32,000 bases of DNA. It comes from Acutalibacter sp. Lineage in GTDB: Bacteria; Bacillota; Clostridia; Oscillospirales; Acutalibacteraceae. The translations under genes and the position numbers were made by a program. Shown here one piece after another: positions 17,155 to 25,414 of this stretch. The notes under the pieces were generated by a model, which saw only the letters and a program-made list of their open reading frames with translations, made no database searches and had not been told where the DNA came from. The stretch spans positions 345,348 to 377,347 of the forward strand of contig JAHHRN010000001.1 in NCBI GenBank assembly GCA_020025775.1, given 5' to 3'. Position 1 is the stretch's first letter, and each line of letters opens with the position of its first letter.

Positions 17155-18278
17155 TTTGTATCGCCGCCTTTCTCTGTATCTTTCGGGGCTTCCTCGGAAG
17201 CCGTAGTTTCTTCGTGGGCTTTCTTATAGGCATCCAAATCCGAAAGAATTTCGTCGAAGTCTAAAAGATAGCTGTCACGTACGGCGCGGTGCTCTCTTCT
17301 TTCTTCGAGCTTTGCCGTTTCTTCGAGAGAAAGCGGCTTTTTCTGTTCGGGCTTTGCCGCCGATTTTTTCGGCTTCTTTTCTTTCTTTTCCTTTTTAGGC
17401 TTCGGCGCTTTTTCCGCCTTTACTTTTTCTGCTTTCGGTTTTTTGGATTTTGCTTTTTCGGATTTCGGCTTTTCTGCCTTTTCTTTTTTCGGCTTAGCCG
17501 ATTTTTTCATGCGCGGTACGGTTTCGGTTTCATCCTCTTCGTCCGCGTAGGGGTTAAATTCGGTATCTACAAGAGATTTAAAGGAATCTAAATGAGACTG
17601 CGAAATTTCCTGCATGCTGAACGCGCGTTCGGGATGTGCATCCGGTACGGTTCTTGCCAAAATGGCCTTTACCACTGCGGCAAGGAAGCCGAGGATTAAA
17701 AAGCCGCCGAAGGGCAGGAGCATACCGCTCAGCTTTACGGGGAAGTGCAAATCTACATCATAAATGGTGCCGCTGCCGATAATTTCACGAATCGTACCGA
17801 CCAGTAAAATAACGAACACGTAGCCGAGAGAGGCGAAAATCGCATCTGCCAAAGAGCTCTTTACAGAATGCTTGACGGCGTAACGCTCACAGTGCAGGGC
17901 AATGAGAGAATTTACAGCAATCAGCGGCAAAAAGATGCCGGCATAAAGAGACTCATTCGGTGCTACATAATTGAAAAAGGCGAAAACGGGAAGATTCAGC
18001 AGTACGCCGAGTAAGGCGTAAATCGGCATGCGAAGCCAACGCTTCACCTTTTTGAGTGCTAAACTTGCAAAAAATTCAATGAAAACAAGCTCCACGCAAG
18101 AGGCAACCGCCAAAATAATGGAGGACTTGAGAGAAACCGTCATTGCAAGTACGGGCGAAAGTCCGACCGCCTCAAATAAAATGGGGTTTTTAATCAGCGC
18201 ACTGGAGAGTATGCGCTTTTTAAGACTACCTTTCGGTTCAGCCATTTTGCGCACCCCCTTCTGCTTCGGTTTCTTCAT
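17151..18278 (-). CDS. RnfE/NqrD-like membrane protein lacking the Fe-S cysteine ligands, with a long Lys/Glu-rich C-terminal tail
   Basis: 375 aa. The first ~235 aa are collinear with RnfE: NPILFEAVGLSPVLAMT compares with NSALVQLLGLCPLLAVT, LPLIAVNSLIALHCERYA with IPLIVTNCIVVGRAEAFA, and GTIREIIGSGTIYD with GSLREIIGNGTLFD. A ~140-aa low-complexity tail follows (KKSAKPKKEKAEKPKSEKAKSKKPKAEK...). The start may instead be the ATG at 18245. Confidence 0.85.
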   Translation of the reverse strand: MKKPKQKGVRKMAEPKGSLKKRILSSALIKNPILFEAVGLSPVLAMTVSLKSSIILAVASCVELVFIEFFASLALKKVKRWLRMPIYALLGVLLNLPVFAFFNYVAPNESLYAGIFLPLIAVNSLIALHCERYAVKHSVKSSLADAIFASLGYVFVILLVGTIREIIGSGTIYDVDLHFPVKLSGMLLPFGGFLILGFLAAVVKAILARTVPDAHPERAFSMQEISQSHLDSFKSLVDTEFNPYADEEDETETVPRMKKSAKPKKEKAEKPKSEKAKSKKPKAEKVKAEKAPKPKKEKKEKKPKKSAAKPEQKKPLSLEETAKLEERREHRAVRDSYLLDFDEILSDLDAYKKAHEETTASEEAPKDTEKGGDTK

Positions 18279-19626
18279 CGGAAACTGCTTTAGAGACTGC
18301 TTCGGCTTTTTGTGATGCCTCCGGGACAGCCGGTGCGGCGTTCTTGGTCGGCTCAGTCTGCGAAGCGGCAGTTTCTTTTGCTTCTTTCTCTTCGAGAACC
18401 GTGGAATTTAAAATCTGTTCTTCTAATGTGGGCGCAGTTTCTTCAGTTGCCTTGGGAAGCTCTGCGGTGGATTCTTCCAAAGCTTCTTCGTTGATTTCGG
18501 TTTCACTTTCTTTAAACCATTGCTCATGTGCTTTTTCTTCTTCTAAAGCACGGCGCTTCTGGCGAGCCTTGGAAAGACGTTTTCTCTCAAAGCCGGTGAG
18601 CGGTAAATGGTTAAAGGTAGGTGCTAAAACGTTCATTAAAAGAATTACGAAAATAACACCCTCTTCAAAGGCACCGAAGCGGCGCAGAAGCATAGTGCAG
18701 AAGCCTGCCACAACGCCGTAAAGGATTCTGCCGTAAAAACGTTTGGGCAAAAGAATCTCATTGGGCAATAAGAAAATGGCGGCAAACAGCAAAAGACCGG
18801 AGGAAAGCTCCATAAAGACGGACTGGAAGCGTCCACTTAAAATTCTCGGGAACAGGAATGCGCCGATTGCGCAGGTGAGCAGGAAAGAAGCGGAAACTTC
18901 AAACGCCTTGAAGCGACGAATCGCCAAATAGCAAAGCGCACCCAAAAGGGCAATGATACAGGTTGCACCCATGGGGCCTGCGAAGTCACCCAGTAAAACC
19001 ATAAGATAGTTGGTGGAATGGTTGCCGAGCGCGGTACTGTTCGAAAGCATACTGGCAAGCGATACACCGGGTGTAAAGGCGGCTGTGCCGTACAGGCTGA
19101 CCGGTTCACCGACGCCGGGTACTGCGGGATAGCAAAAGAGAATCTTCGGGAAGCAGACCGCTAAAAAGCAAAGGCCTGCCGCTGTAGGCGAAAAGAGCGT
19201 GGTTCGCGCATTACCGAAGGGCAGCTTTGCAACCAAAATCGCAAACGCCGCACCGATAGACGCAAGCCAAAGCGGTGCGCTGGCAGGCAGACAAAGGGCA
19301 ATGCAAACACCCGTAACCACAGCGGAAAGGTCACGCGGGGTCGGGAAGTTGTGTAGCATTTTTCCGCCCAGATATTCTAGCACTACGGCGGTGAGGACGG
19401 ATGTTAAAATCAAATAAAAGGCGTGCGCGCCGTAATAATAAAGAGAAATGAGCGTCGGCGCTGCTAGCATGATGAGTAAATCCAGCATGGAGCGCTGTGT
19501 GGACTTGATGTCCGCTTTGACTTCGGGCGTAAAGATCTGCCCGTCGTCCGCTGTGAATGCATCTTGACGCAAGATTTCCACCTCGTTTTCCAAATTTTGT
19601 GCGTTGCAAGACAAGTTGCCCTGCAA
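18238..19626 (-). CDS. RnfD/NqrB-like membrane protein with degenerate flavinylation motif and acidic C-terminal tail
   Basis: 462 aa and collinear with RnfD: [53 protein letters not shown] compares with [62 protein letters not shown] sits where DGISQATPL (Dxx[ST]xAT) is expected. The last ~115 aa are Glu/Ala/Thr-rich. The start is uncertain: TTG at 19626 as in the track, or TTG at 19572, which is preceded by GAGGTGG. Confidence 0.85.
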   Translation of the reverse strand: [462 protein letters not shown]

Positions 19627-19669
19627 TATGATGAATTATAGAAACAAATCGTAAAAGGGGGAGAAGCCA

Positions 19670-20206
19670 TTGAAAATGTATAAGGGCTCGAAAAGCCGCT
19701 TGCTTGTCCGCATAAGCCGGGAAGAACTGGAGGATTTTTGCCTAAGCCTGGATTCCATTTGTAAAAAGAATCGAGAAACGAAGCTCTTTTTACAGGAAAT
19801 TCTGGGGCTTGCCGCGGAACGCCACGGCTTTTTTTGGCAAAGGGATGCGGCGCTTCGCATCGACGTATTGCCGAGCGAGGGCGGCGGCTGTTTTTTGATT
19901 TTTACACAGGAAAGCCCCGCAAAAACGGGTACTTCGGCAGAGAAAACCACACAACAGCTCATAGCTTTTCCCAATACAAATGCCTTTTTAGATTGCTTGA
20001 ATGCGTATTTAAAAACGGCTTCTTCCGAAACGAAAGGCGCAGATTTTTGGTATCGCCGCGCGCAAAGGTTTTATGCGCTTTTACCTGCTCAGCAGGAAGC
20101 CCTTTTGCCGCTCTTTTCAGAATACGGCAGTGTGCACCGCCTCACAGCGGAGGCCTGCGCGCGTTTTCGGGAAGAAGCAGAATATTTAAGCGTTTTCGGC
20201 GAGTGA
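19670..20206 (+). CDS. MecA-like adaptor protein (short form)
   Basis: 178 aa. The N-terminus SRLLVRISREELEDFCLSLD and the C-terminus FYALLPAQQEALLPLFSEYGSVHRLT parallel the MecA N- and C-terminal signatures (I..v.f.is..dle.rg ; YYL..d....l.l.EYG). This is a weak motif-level call. Confidence 0.45.
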   Translation: MKMYKGSKSRLLVRISREELEDFCLSLDSICKKNRETKLFLQEILGLAAERHGFFWQRDAALRIDVLPSEGGGCFLIFTQESPAKTGTSAEKTTQQLIAFPNTNAFLDCLNAYLKTASSETKGADFWYRRAQRFYALLPAQQEALLPLFSEYGSVHRLTAEACARFREEAEYLSVFGE

Positions 20207-20845
20207 TTTGAATTCTGCCACAGCGGCTTTCATGTCGCTCTGCGAGAAAAGGGCACTGCCCGAAACAAAGTTGTTGGCACCTTTCTTTGCGGCGAGTACG
20301 ATAGTATCCTTATTGATGCCGCCGTCTACCTGAATTTCCATAGAAAGGTTACGCTTTTGAAGCTCTTCTTTAAGAGCAGTAATTTTAGAAAGCTGATCTT
20401 CCATGAAGCTCTGACCGCCGAAGCCGGGCTCTACGGTCATCACGAGAACCATGAAAAGTCTGTCTAAATAGGGGAATACTGTTTCAATCGGTGTGGCGGG
20501 CTTTACAGCCAAAGCCGGCTTCATGCCTGCCTGCTCGATGGCGGTGATGGTTTCTTCAATATCGCTCTTGCTTTCCACGTGGAAGGTGAAGGAGTCCGCG
20601 CCTGCCGCGGCAAAATCCTTTACGAAGAAAAGCGGGTCATCTACCATTAAATGGGCGTCAAACGGTAAGTCGGAAACACGGCGAATGGCTTTGACAATCG
20701 GGGCACCGAGGGTTAAGTTCGGTACGAAGTGACCGTCCATAACGTCGATGTGTACCCAATCGGCACCGGCATCCTTGAGACGCTGTAATTCTTCTTTTAA
20801 AATACTGTAATCCGCAGAGAGAATGGAAGGGGAAATTTTAACCAT
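20186..20845 (-). CDS. rpe: ribulose-phosphate 3-epimerase
   Basis: 219 aa with ISPSILSADY, HIDVMDGHFVPNLTLG, MTVEPGFGGQSF and VDGGIN, all classic Rpe motifs. Confidence 0.95.
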   Translation of the reverse strand: MVKISPSILSADYSILKEELQRLKDAGADWVHIDVMDGHFVPNLTLGAPIVKAIRRVSDLPFDAHLMVDDPLFFVKDFAAAGADSFTFHVESKSDIEETITAIEQAGMKPALAVKPATPIETVFPYLDRLFMVLVMTVEPGFGGQSFMEDQLSKITALKEELQKRNLSMEIQVDGGINKDTIVLAAKKGANNFVSGSALFSQSDMKAAVAEFKSLAENA

Positions 20846-20884
20846 AATAAACCTCTTTTATTTCTTTATCGTTTTCTGTAACGG

Positions 20885-21685
20885 TTAAGCAGTTGTTTCG
20901 GCAGTAGCTTCGGTTTCCACGGGAGCGGGCACTTCGGTTACCGGCAGAGACGGTACTTCAGTGGTCGGTGCCTCGGTTGCAGGTGCTTCGGTCGGATTCG
21001 GCGTTGCGGTTTCGGGTGCCGAGGTGGACTGCAAAGCACTGATATAATAACTGCCCTCGTTTTCGCGAAGGGTTACACGCATATATTTGTCGGGCTCGGG
21101 CGGCAACATATTGCCGTTGGAATCCTGCTGCCACTGGTCACCGGATAAGTAACCAACGGTTAAAATCACGGCGTTATTTTTCTTTTCTTTTTCCAAAACC
21201 TTGGGGGTATACATCGGTACAATACCGGTCAGCGGAATCACATAGACCTGCTTGTTGGCGTCATAGGCGAAATCATAGCCGTAACCCTCAATAGAAGCGT
21301 GGGTGGGCTGGATTTCCGAACCGAAGAGGCGTTTAAATTCGGCGTTGACTTCTGCCTCGGGCAAAAGCATGCCGTTGTCGCCGTATTCGTAATCATCGGG
21401 GGAAAGTCCCTTTTTTAGAATGGACCAAATCGAAATATCCACAAGCTGTGAGGGGTTGGCTTTCGTAAGGTCATCAAAGGGGTCGGGGTCATTCATGACT
21501 ACGGGAATTAGCATTTTGTTGTATTCCTCGTAGTTTTTGCTTTTTTCAATGCCTTTTTTCGTGGCATTCACACCGGCAACTAAAATGGTAACTACACCGA
21601 TTATGGCAAGCACGGCAATGAGAAGCCCCAAGGGGAATGCCCAGCGGCGCGTACCTTTTTTATGTGTTTTCTGTTCGTTTGCCAT
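20885..21685 (-). CDS. membrane-anchored protein of unknown function with Thr/Pro/Ala/Glu-rich C-terminus
   Basis: I prefer the ATG at 21685, which has AAAGGAG 8 nt upstream and sits 1 nt after the proA stop. The track starts at 21706. There is an N-terminal TM (WAFPLGLLIAVLAIIGVVTILVAGV) and a C-terminal low-complexity stretch TSAPETATPNPTEAPATEAPTTEVPSLPVTEVPAPVETEATAETTA. Confidence 0.6.
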   Translation of the reverse strand: MANEQKTHKKGTRRWAFPLGLLIAVLAIIGVVTILVAGVNATKKGIEKSKNYEEYNKMLIPVVMNDPDPFDDLTKANPSQLVDISIWSILKKGLSPDDYEYGDNGMLLPEAEVNAEFKRLFGSEIQPTHASIEGYGYDFAYDANKQVYVIPLTGIVPMYTPKVLEKEKKNNAVILTVGYLSGDQWQQDSNGNMLPPEPDKYMRVTLRENEGSYYISALQSTSAPETATPNPTEAPATEAPTTEVPSLPVTEVPAPVETEATAETTA

Positions 21686-21686
21686 G

Positions 21687-22943
21687 TTACACTCTCCTTT
21701 GTCCATTGCCGGAAATCTGATATTTAAAGGATGTTAATTGCGGCAGACCTAAAGGGCCTCTTGCGTGGAGCTTCTGGGTAGAAATACCGATTTCCGCGCC
21801 GAAGCCGAAGCAACCGCCGTCTGTGAATCGGGTGGAAGCATTGTGGTAAACCGCCGCGGAATCAACTTCTTGCAAGAAGCGCTTTGCCGCCGCATCGTTA
21901 TCCGTCACAATGCAGTCACTGTGCCCGGTGGAGTATTTATAAATGTGGGAAATGGCTTCGTCTAAGGAATCCACAATCGCCACGGACATTTTATAGTCAA
22001 GATATTCGGTCGCAAAGTCTGCCTTGGTTGCCGCTTCAATCTGCGGTAAAATCGCCTTGGCACGTGCATCTCCATAGAGAATTACGTCTTTTTCTTTTAA
22101 TGCCTCGTAAAGCATCGGCAGGGCTTTTTCGGCAATATCCTTGTGCACGAGCAGGCTTTCCGCCGCATTGCAAACCGAAACGCGGGAGGTCTTGGCGTTA
22201 AAGACGATGTCTCGTGCCATTTCGAGGTTGGCATCCTTGTCTACATAAATGTGGCAGTTACCGACGCCGGTTTCAATCACGGGGACTGTTGCGTTTTCCA
22301 CCGTTGCACGAATGAGGTTTCTGCCGCCGCGCGGAATCAGCACGTCTACATATTCATTGAGACGCATGAGCGCATTAGCACTTTCACGGCTGGTATCTTC
22401 CACAAAGCCGATGCAGGCAGACGGAAGAGCCGTTCCCTCAAGTGCCTTTTGCATAACGGAAGCAATCGCCTTGTTGGAGTGAATGGCTTCCTTGCCGCCG
22501 CGCAAAATTACAGCGTTACCGGATTTTAAGCAAAGCGAAGCGGCATCGCTCGTCACATTCGGACGTGCCTCGAAAATCACCGCAATGACGCCGAGCGGTA
22601 CGCTGACTTTTTGAATATGTAAGCCGTTCGGGCGCACGGTGTCGGAAAGCACCTTGCCCACCGGGTCGGGAAGCTCAGAAACTTCCTTTACGCCCTGTGC
22701 CATACCCTCAATGCGTTCTTTCGAGAGCGCCAAACGGTCGAGCATGGAAGTAGCCATACCATTTTGACGGGCGGCTTCCAAATCCTTTTCGTTTTCTTCT
22801 AAAATATAATCACAGTTTTCCGAAAGAGCCTTGGCAATGGCGAGAAGCGCTTCGTTTTTCTGCTCGGTTGTTGCCGTGAGCAGTGCTCTTGCGCCCTGCT
22901 TTGCCGCTTGACCCAATGTTTCTAATGTGTTCAATGTATTCAC
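21687..22943 (-). CDS. proA: glutamate-5-semialdehyde dehydrogenase (gamma-glutamyl phosphate reductase)
   Basis: 418 aa with a ProA-type aldehyde dehydrogenase pattern. The catalytic Cys lies in the context SRVSVCNAAESLLVH, and LIPRGG is present. It uses a GTG start and follows proB. Confidence 0.95.
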   Translation of the reverse strand: MNTLNTLETLGQAAKQGARALLTATTEQKNEALLAIAKALSENCDYILEENEKDLEAARQNGMATSMLDRLALSKERIEGMAQGVKEVSELPDPVGKVLSDTVRPNGLHIQKVSVPLGVIAVIFEARPNVTSDAASLCLKSGNAVILRGGKEAIHSNKAIASVMQKALEGTALPSACIGFVEDTSRESANALMRLNEYVDVLIPRGGRNLIRATVENATVPVIETGVGNCHIYVDKDANLEMARDIVFNAKTSRVSVCNAAESLLVHKDIAEKALPMLYEALKEKDVILYGDARAKAILPQIEAATKADFATEYLDYKMSVAIVDSLDEAISHIYKYSTGHSDCIVTDNDAAAKRFLQEVDSAAVYHNASTRFTDGGCFGFGAEIGISTQKLHARGPLGLPQLTSFKYQISGNGQRRV

Positions 22944-22961
22944 CTCTTGGGGAAATCTATC

Positions 22962-23756
22962 TTAAATCTGTTCCTGTTTTCTGAAAATCGTGCCGATGTC
23001 CTCGCCATCTAAGACATGGTAAATGTTCTCGGGAGTGTCGCCGTTCATAACCACCATGTCAATGCCCGAAGCGGTAGCGATTTCTGCCGCGTGGAGCTTG
23101 GTGATCATGCCGCCGGTCGAGAATTTCGAACCGTGGTTGCCGGCTACGGCATAGAGGTCGGCGTCAATTTTTTTGACCTCGGGGATGCGCTTAGCGTCGG
23201 GATTTTCCTTCGGATTCGCATCGTAGAGACCGTCAATATCGGTTAAAATAATTAAAGCGTCCGCATCAATGAGCTTTGCCACGATAGCGGAAAGACTGTC
23301 GTTGTCGCCGTAAACGATTTCTTCAACGGCAACGGCATCATTTTCGTTGATAATCGGGATTGCACCGAATTCAAAAATTTTGTCGAAGGCGTTAATCAGA
23401 TTGCCACGGCGTTCTAAGCTGTCTACGTCGCTTTTGGTCATTAAAAGCTGACCGATGGAGTGACCGTATTCAGAAAAGAGTTTATCGTAAAGGAACATAA
23501 GCTCGCATTGACCGACGGTAGCGGCTGCCTGTCTGCCGGGGGTGTCGGTCGGTCTTTCACGCAGACCGAGTTTACCAACGCCGACGCCGATTGCGCCGGA
23601 GGTTACGAGAGCGATTTGCATCCCGGAATTCTGTAAATCGGAAAGAACGCGAACGAGTCTTTGCATCTGTCGAATATTGATTTTACCTGTATCATAGGTG
23701 AGGGAAGATGTACCAACCTTCACAACCAAACGATGGATATTTTGAAGCCTTGCCAA
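22962..23756 (-). CDS. proB: glutamate 5-kinase (short form without PUA domain)
   Basis: 264 aa with the amino-acid-kinase N-terminus LVVKVGTSSLT, plus VTSGAIG and INENDAV. It uses a TTG start with AGGAGG 9 nt upstream. Confidence 0.95.
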   Translation of the reverse strand: MARLQNIHRLVVKVGTSSLTYDTGKINIRQMQRLVRVLSDLQNSGMQIALVTSGAIGVGVGKLGLRERPTDTPGRQAAATVGQCELMFLYDKLFSEYGHSIGQLLMTKSDVDSLERRGNLINAFDKIFEFGAIPIINENDAVAVEEIVYGDNDSLSAIVAKLIDADALIILTDIDGLYDANPKENPDAKRIPEVKKIDADLYAVAGNHGSKFSTGGMITKLHAAEIATASGIDMVVMNGDTPENIYHVLDGEDIGTIFRKQEQI

Positions 23757-23900
23757 GTGCTTTTGCCTCCTAAGAAAATAAATATATATATAAGTATAAA
23801 CCAGTATACCATAATTTAAGGCGTTTCACAACATAAAATTTGTAAAGTGGGCATTCAAAAACCACTACATTCCGGCGGCGAACGGTACGTTTTCCCATGC

Positions 23901-23929
23901 TTGATTTTTAAGAAAGCAGCGTGTATAAT
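23901..23929 (+). promoter_or_regulatory. candidate sigma-A promoter for the 473-aa gene
   Basis: TTGATT (23901-23906), a 17-nt spacer and TATAAT (23924-23929), about 50 nt upstream of the ATG at 23982, which has an AGAGAGG SD. Confidence 0.5.
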
Positions 23930-23981
23930 AAGCTACGAATACGAAAGAAAACCCCCTAAAACGAAAAGAGAGGTAACATAG

Positions 23982-25403
23982 ATGACTGAGCAGGAAAAAA
24001 AAGCAAAAAAAGAAGCTGCTGCCCGCGAAAAAGCCGAAGCAAAAGCAAAAAAGGCTGAAGAAAAAAAGCTGAAAGCAGAAGCTAAGAAGGAATTACAGGA
24101 AGAAAAGAAAAACGAAACGAAAAATACATCTGATTGGAAGAAAAATATCGTAACGATTGTGCTCGTTGTTTTGGCAGTCGCCGCTCTGATTGGTGTAGCG
24201 GTTTTGAAATTCGCCCCTGCAAAGCTGCCGGGCGGTACAGCGCAAAATCCCGAGGCAGGTCCGCTTACCACGGAGCTTTCTTCGGTTGTGCTCTCCAAAA
24301 AGATTACCAAAATTCCGCTCATGCCCACCGATATTCCCACGATTTCCTATACTGCCGATGCCGCAGGCAACATTGTCTATTATGAATGGAACGGCAAGGA
24401 ATATGTGGAAATCGAGCCGACCGGCAATATGGATTACACCCTCACCCTCAGCGGTCAGAAAATTGCCGTACACATTCCCTATATCGAGCGTGACGGCGTG
24501 CTTACCGGCTTCGGTCTCTTTACCGCCGACCAGAATCAAGAAAATGTTTATATTTATAATTTCATCATGTTCAAGGTGCAGAACCTGCCCGAAGCTTTTA
24601 AAAAGGACGGTTACTGCCTCTTGCTCATGCACACCGACAAAACCAAGGCATACACCTTAGACCCTGTTTGGGAGCAGGGCTTCATTTTGAACCGTTCGAA
24701 TGGCGAAATGCAGGATTTCTTAAATGACCGCAGCCAGATGGTCAGCCAGGACGGCGGTATTCGTCGCGCCCAGTATAAAATTACCGAGCGTGCTTTGCAA
24801 TCGGACAGCGCAAATCTTCTTTTCTGTTCCTCGAGAGATAACGAACCCGATGCCGAAGGCGTTCGCCGTACCGATGTTTATAAAAAGGACGGCAGAAAGG
24901 ACGTTATGGTTTTACAGGATGTGTTAGACGATTACGTAAAACCCCTCTCCAACGACAGCTTCGCCTTTATGCGTAAGGCAGAGGACGGCTTCTATACCGC
25001 TGAGTTTAAAAACGGCGAGGAACAAAAGCTCTACAGCTTCAAGCGTCCCTTGGGTGCCGGTTATTTGCGTAGCGGTGACTATCTGCTCGACAAGGAAGAC
25101 GGTAAAATTTACACCACCTACAATACCAATGTGATTGAAACCAAAGGCTTCAGACTCAATCCGCAGGTATTTGCCGTAAGCCCCAAGGAAAAACACGTGG
25201 TTATGGCAGGCACCTCTGCGAATGCGTTTGACTATTATATTTACATTTACAATGCAGACAGCGAGCAGTTCCTTTCCTTTAAGGATGAAAACTATGCACC
25301 GCACTACAACCTGCGTTTTATCGACGAAAAAACCGCTACCTACTACGCTATGAAGCTGGACGGCTATGAAAATGTTGTGGTAGACGTATCTAGAATTAAA
25401 TAA
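23982..25403 (+). CDS. membrane-anchored protein of unknown function with Lys/Glu/Ala-rich cytoplasmic N-terminus
   Basis: 473 aa. The N-terminal ~50 aa are low complexity (KKAKKEAAAREKAEAKAKKAEEKKLKAEAKKELQEEKK). One TM follows (IVTIVLVVLAVAALIGVAVL), then a ~390-aa extracytoplasmic domain rich in beta-type residues (Y/T/V/N). No motif was recognised. Confidence 0.65.
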   Translation: MTEQEKKAKKEAAAREKAEAKAKKAEEKKLKAEAKKELQEEKKNETKNTSDWKKNIVTIVLVVLAVAALIGVAVLKFAPAKLPGGTAQNPEAGPLTTELSSVVLSKKITKIPLMPTDIPTISYTADAAGNIVYYEWNGKEYVEIEPTGNMDYTLTLSGQKIAVHIPYIERDGVLTGFGLFTADQNQENVYIYNFIMFKVQNLPEAFKKDGYCLLLMHTDKTKAYTLDPVWEQGFILNRSNGEMQDFLNDRSQMVSQDGGIRRAQYKITERALQSDSANLLFCSSRDNEPDAEGVRRTDVYKKDGRKDVMVLQDVLDDYVKPLSNDSFAFMRKAEDGFYTAEFKNGEEQKLYSFKRPLGAGYLRSGDYLLDKEDGKIYTTYNTNVIETKGFRLNPQVFAVSPKEKHVVMAGTSANAFDYYIYIYNADSEQFLSFKDENYAPHYNLRFIDEKTATYYAMKLDGYENVVVDVSRIK

Positions 25404-25414
25404 GAGGGATATTT

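Noticed and set aside
17289-17591. 100-aa plus-strand ORF rich in Phe/Leu/Arg.
   Set aside because: It is the antisense reading of the Lys/Glu-rich tail-coding repeats of the RnfE-like gene, so it is a compositional artefact.
19636-20211. Alternative frames in the MecA-like region (112 aa on the minus strand, 125 aa on the plus strand).
   Set aside because: Both products are Arg/Ser/Cys-rich with no motifs. The 178-aa frame has an SD and MecA-like N- and C-terminal patterns. Confidence in that call is still only moderate.
23757-23981. A possible T-box or attenuator leader upstream of proBA.
   Set aside because: The leader is short and AT-rich. I could find no T-box sequence (GGUGGUACCGCG-like), specifier-loop context or terminator/antiterminator pair.
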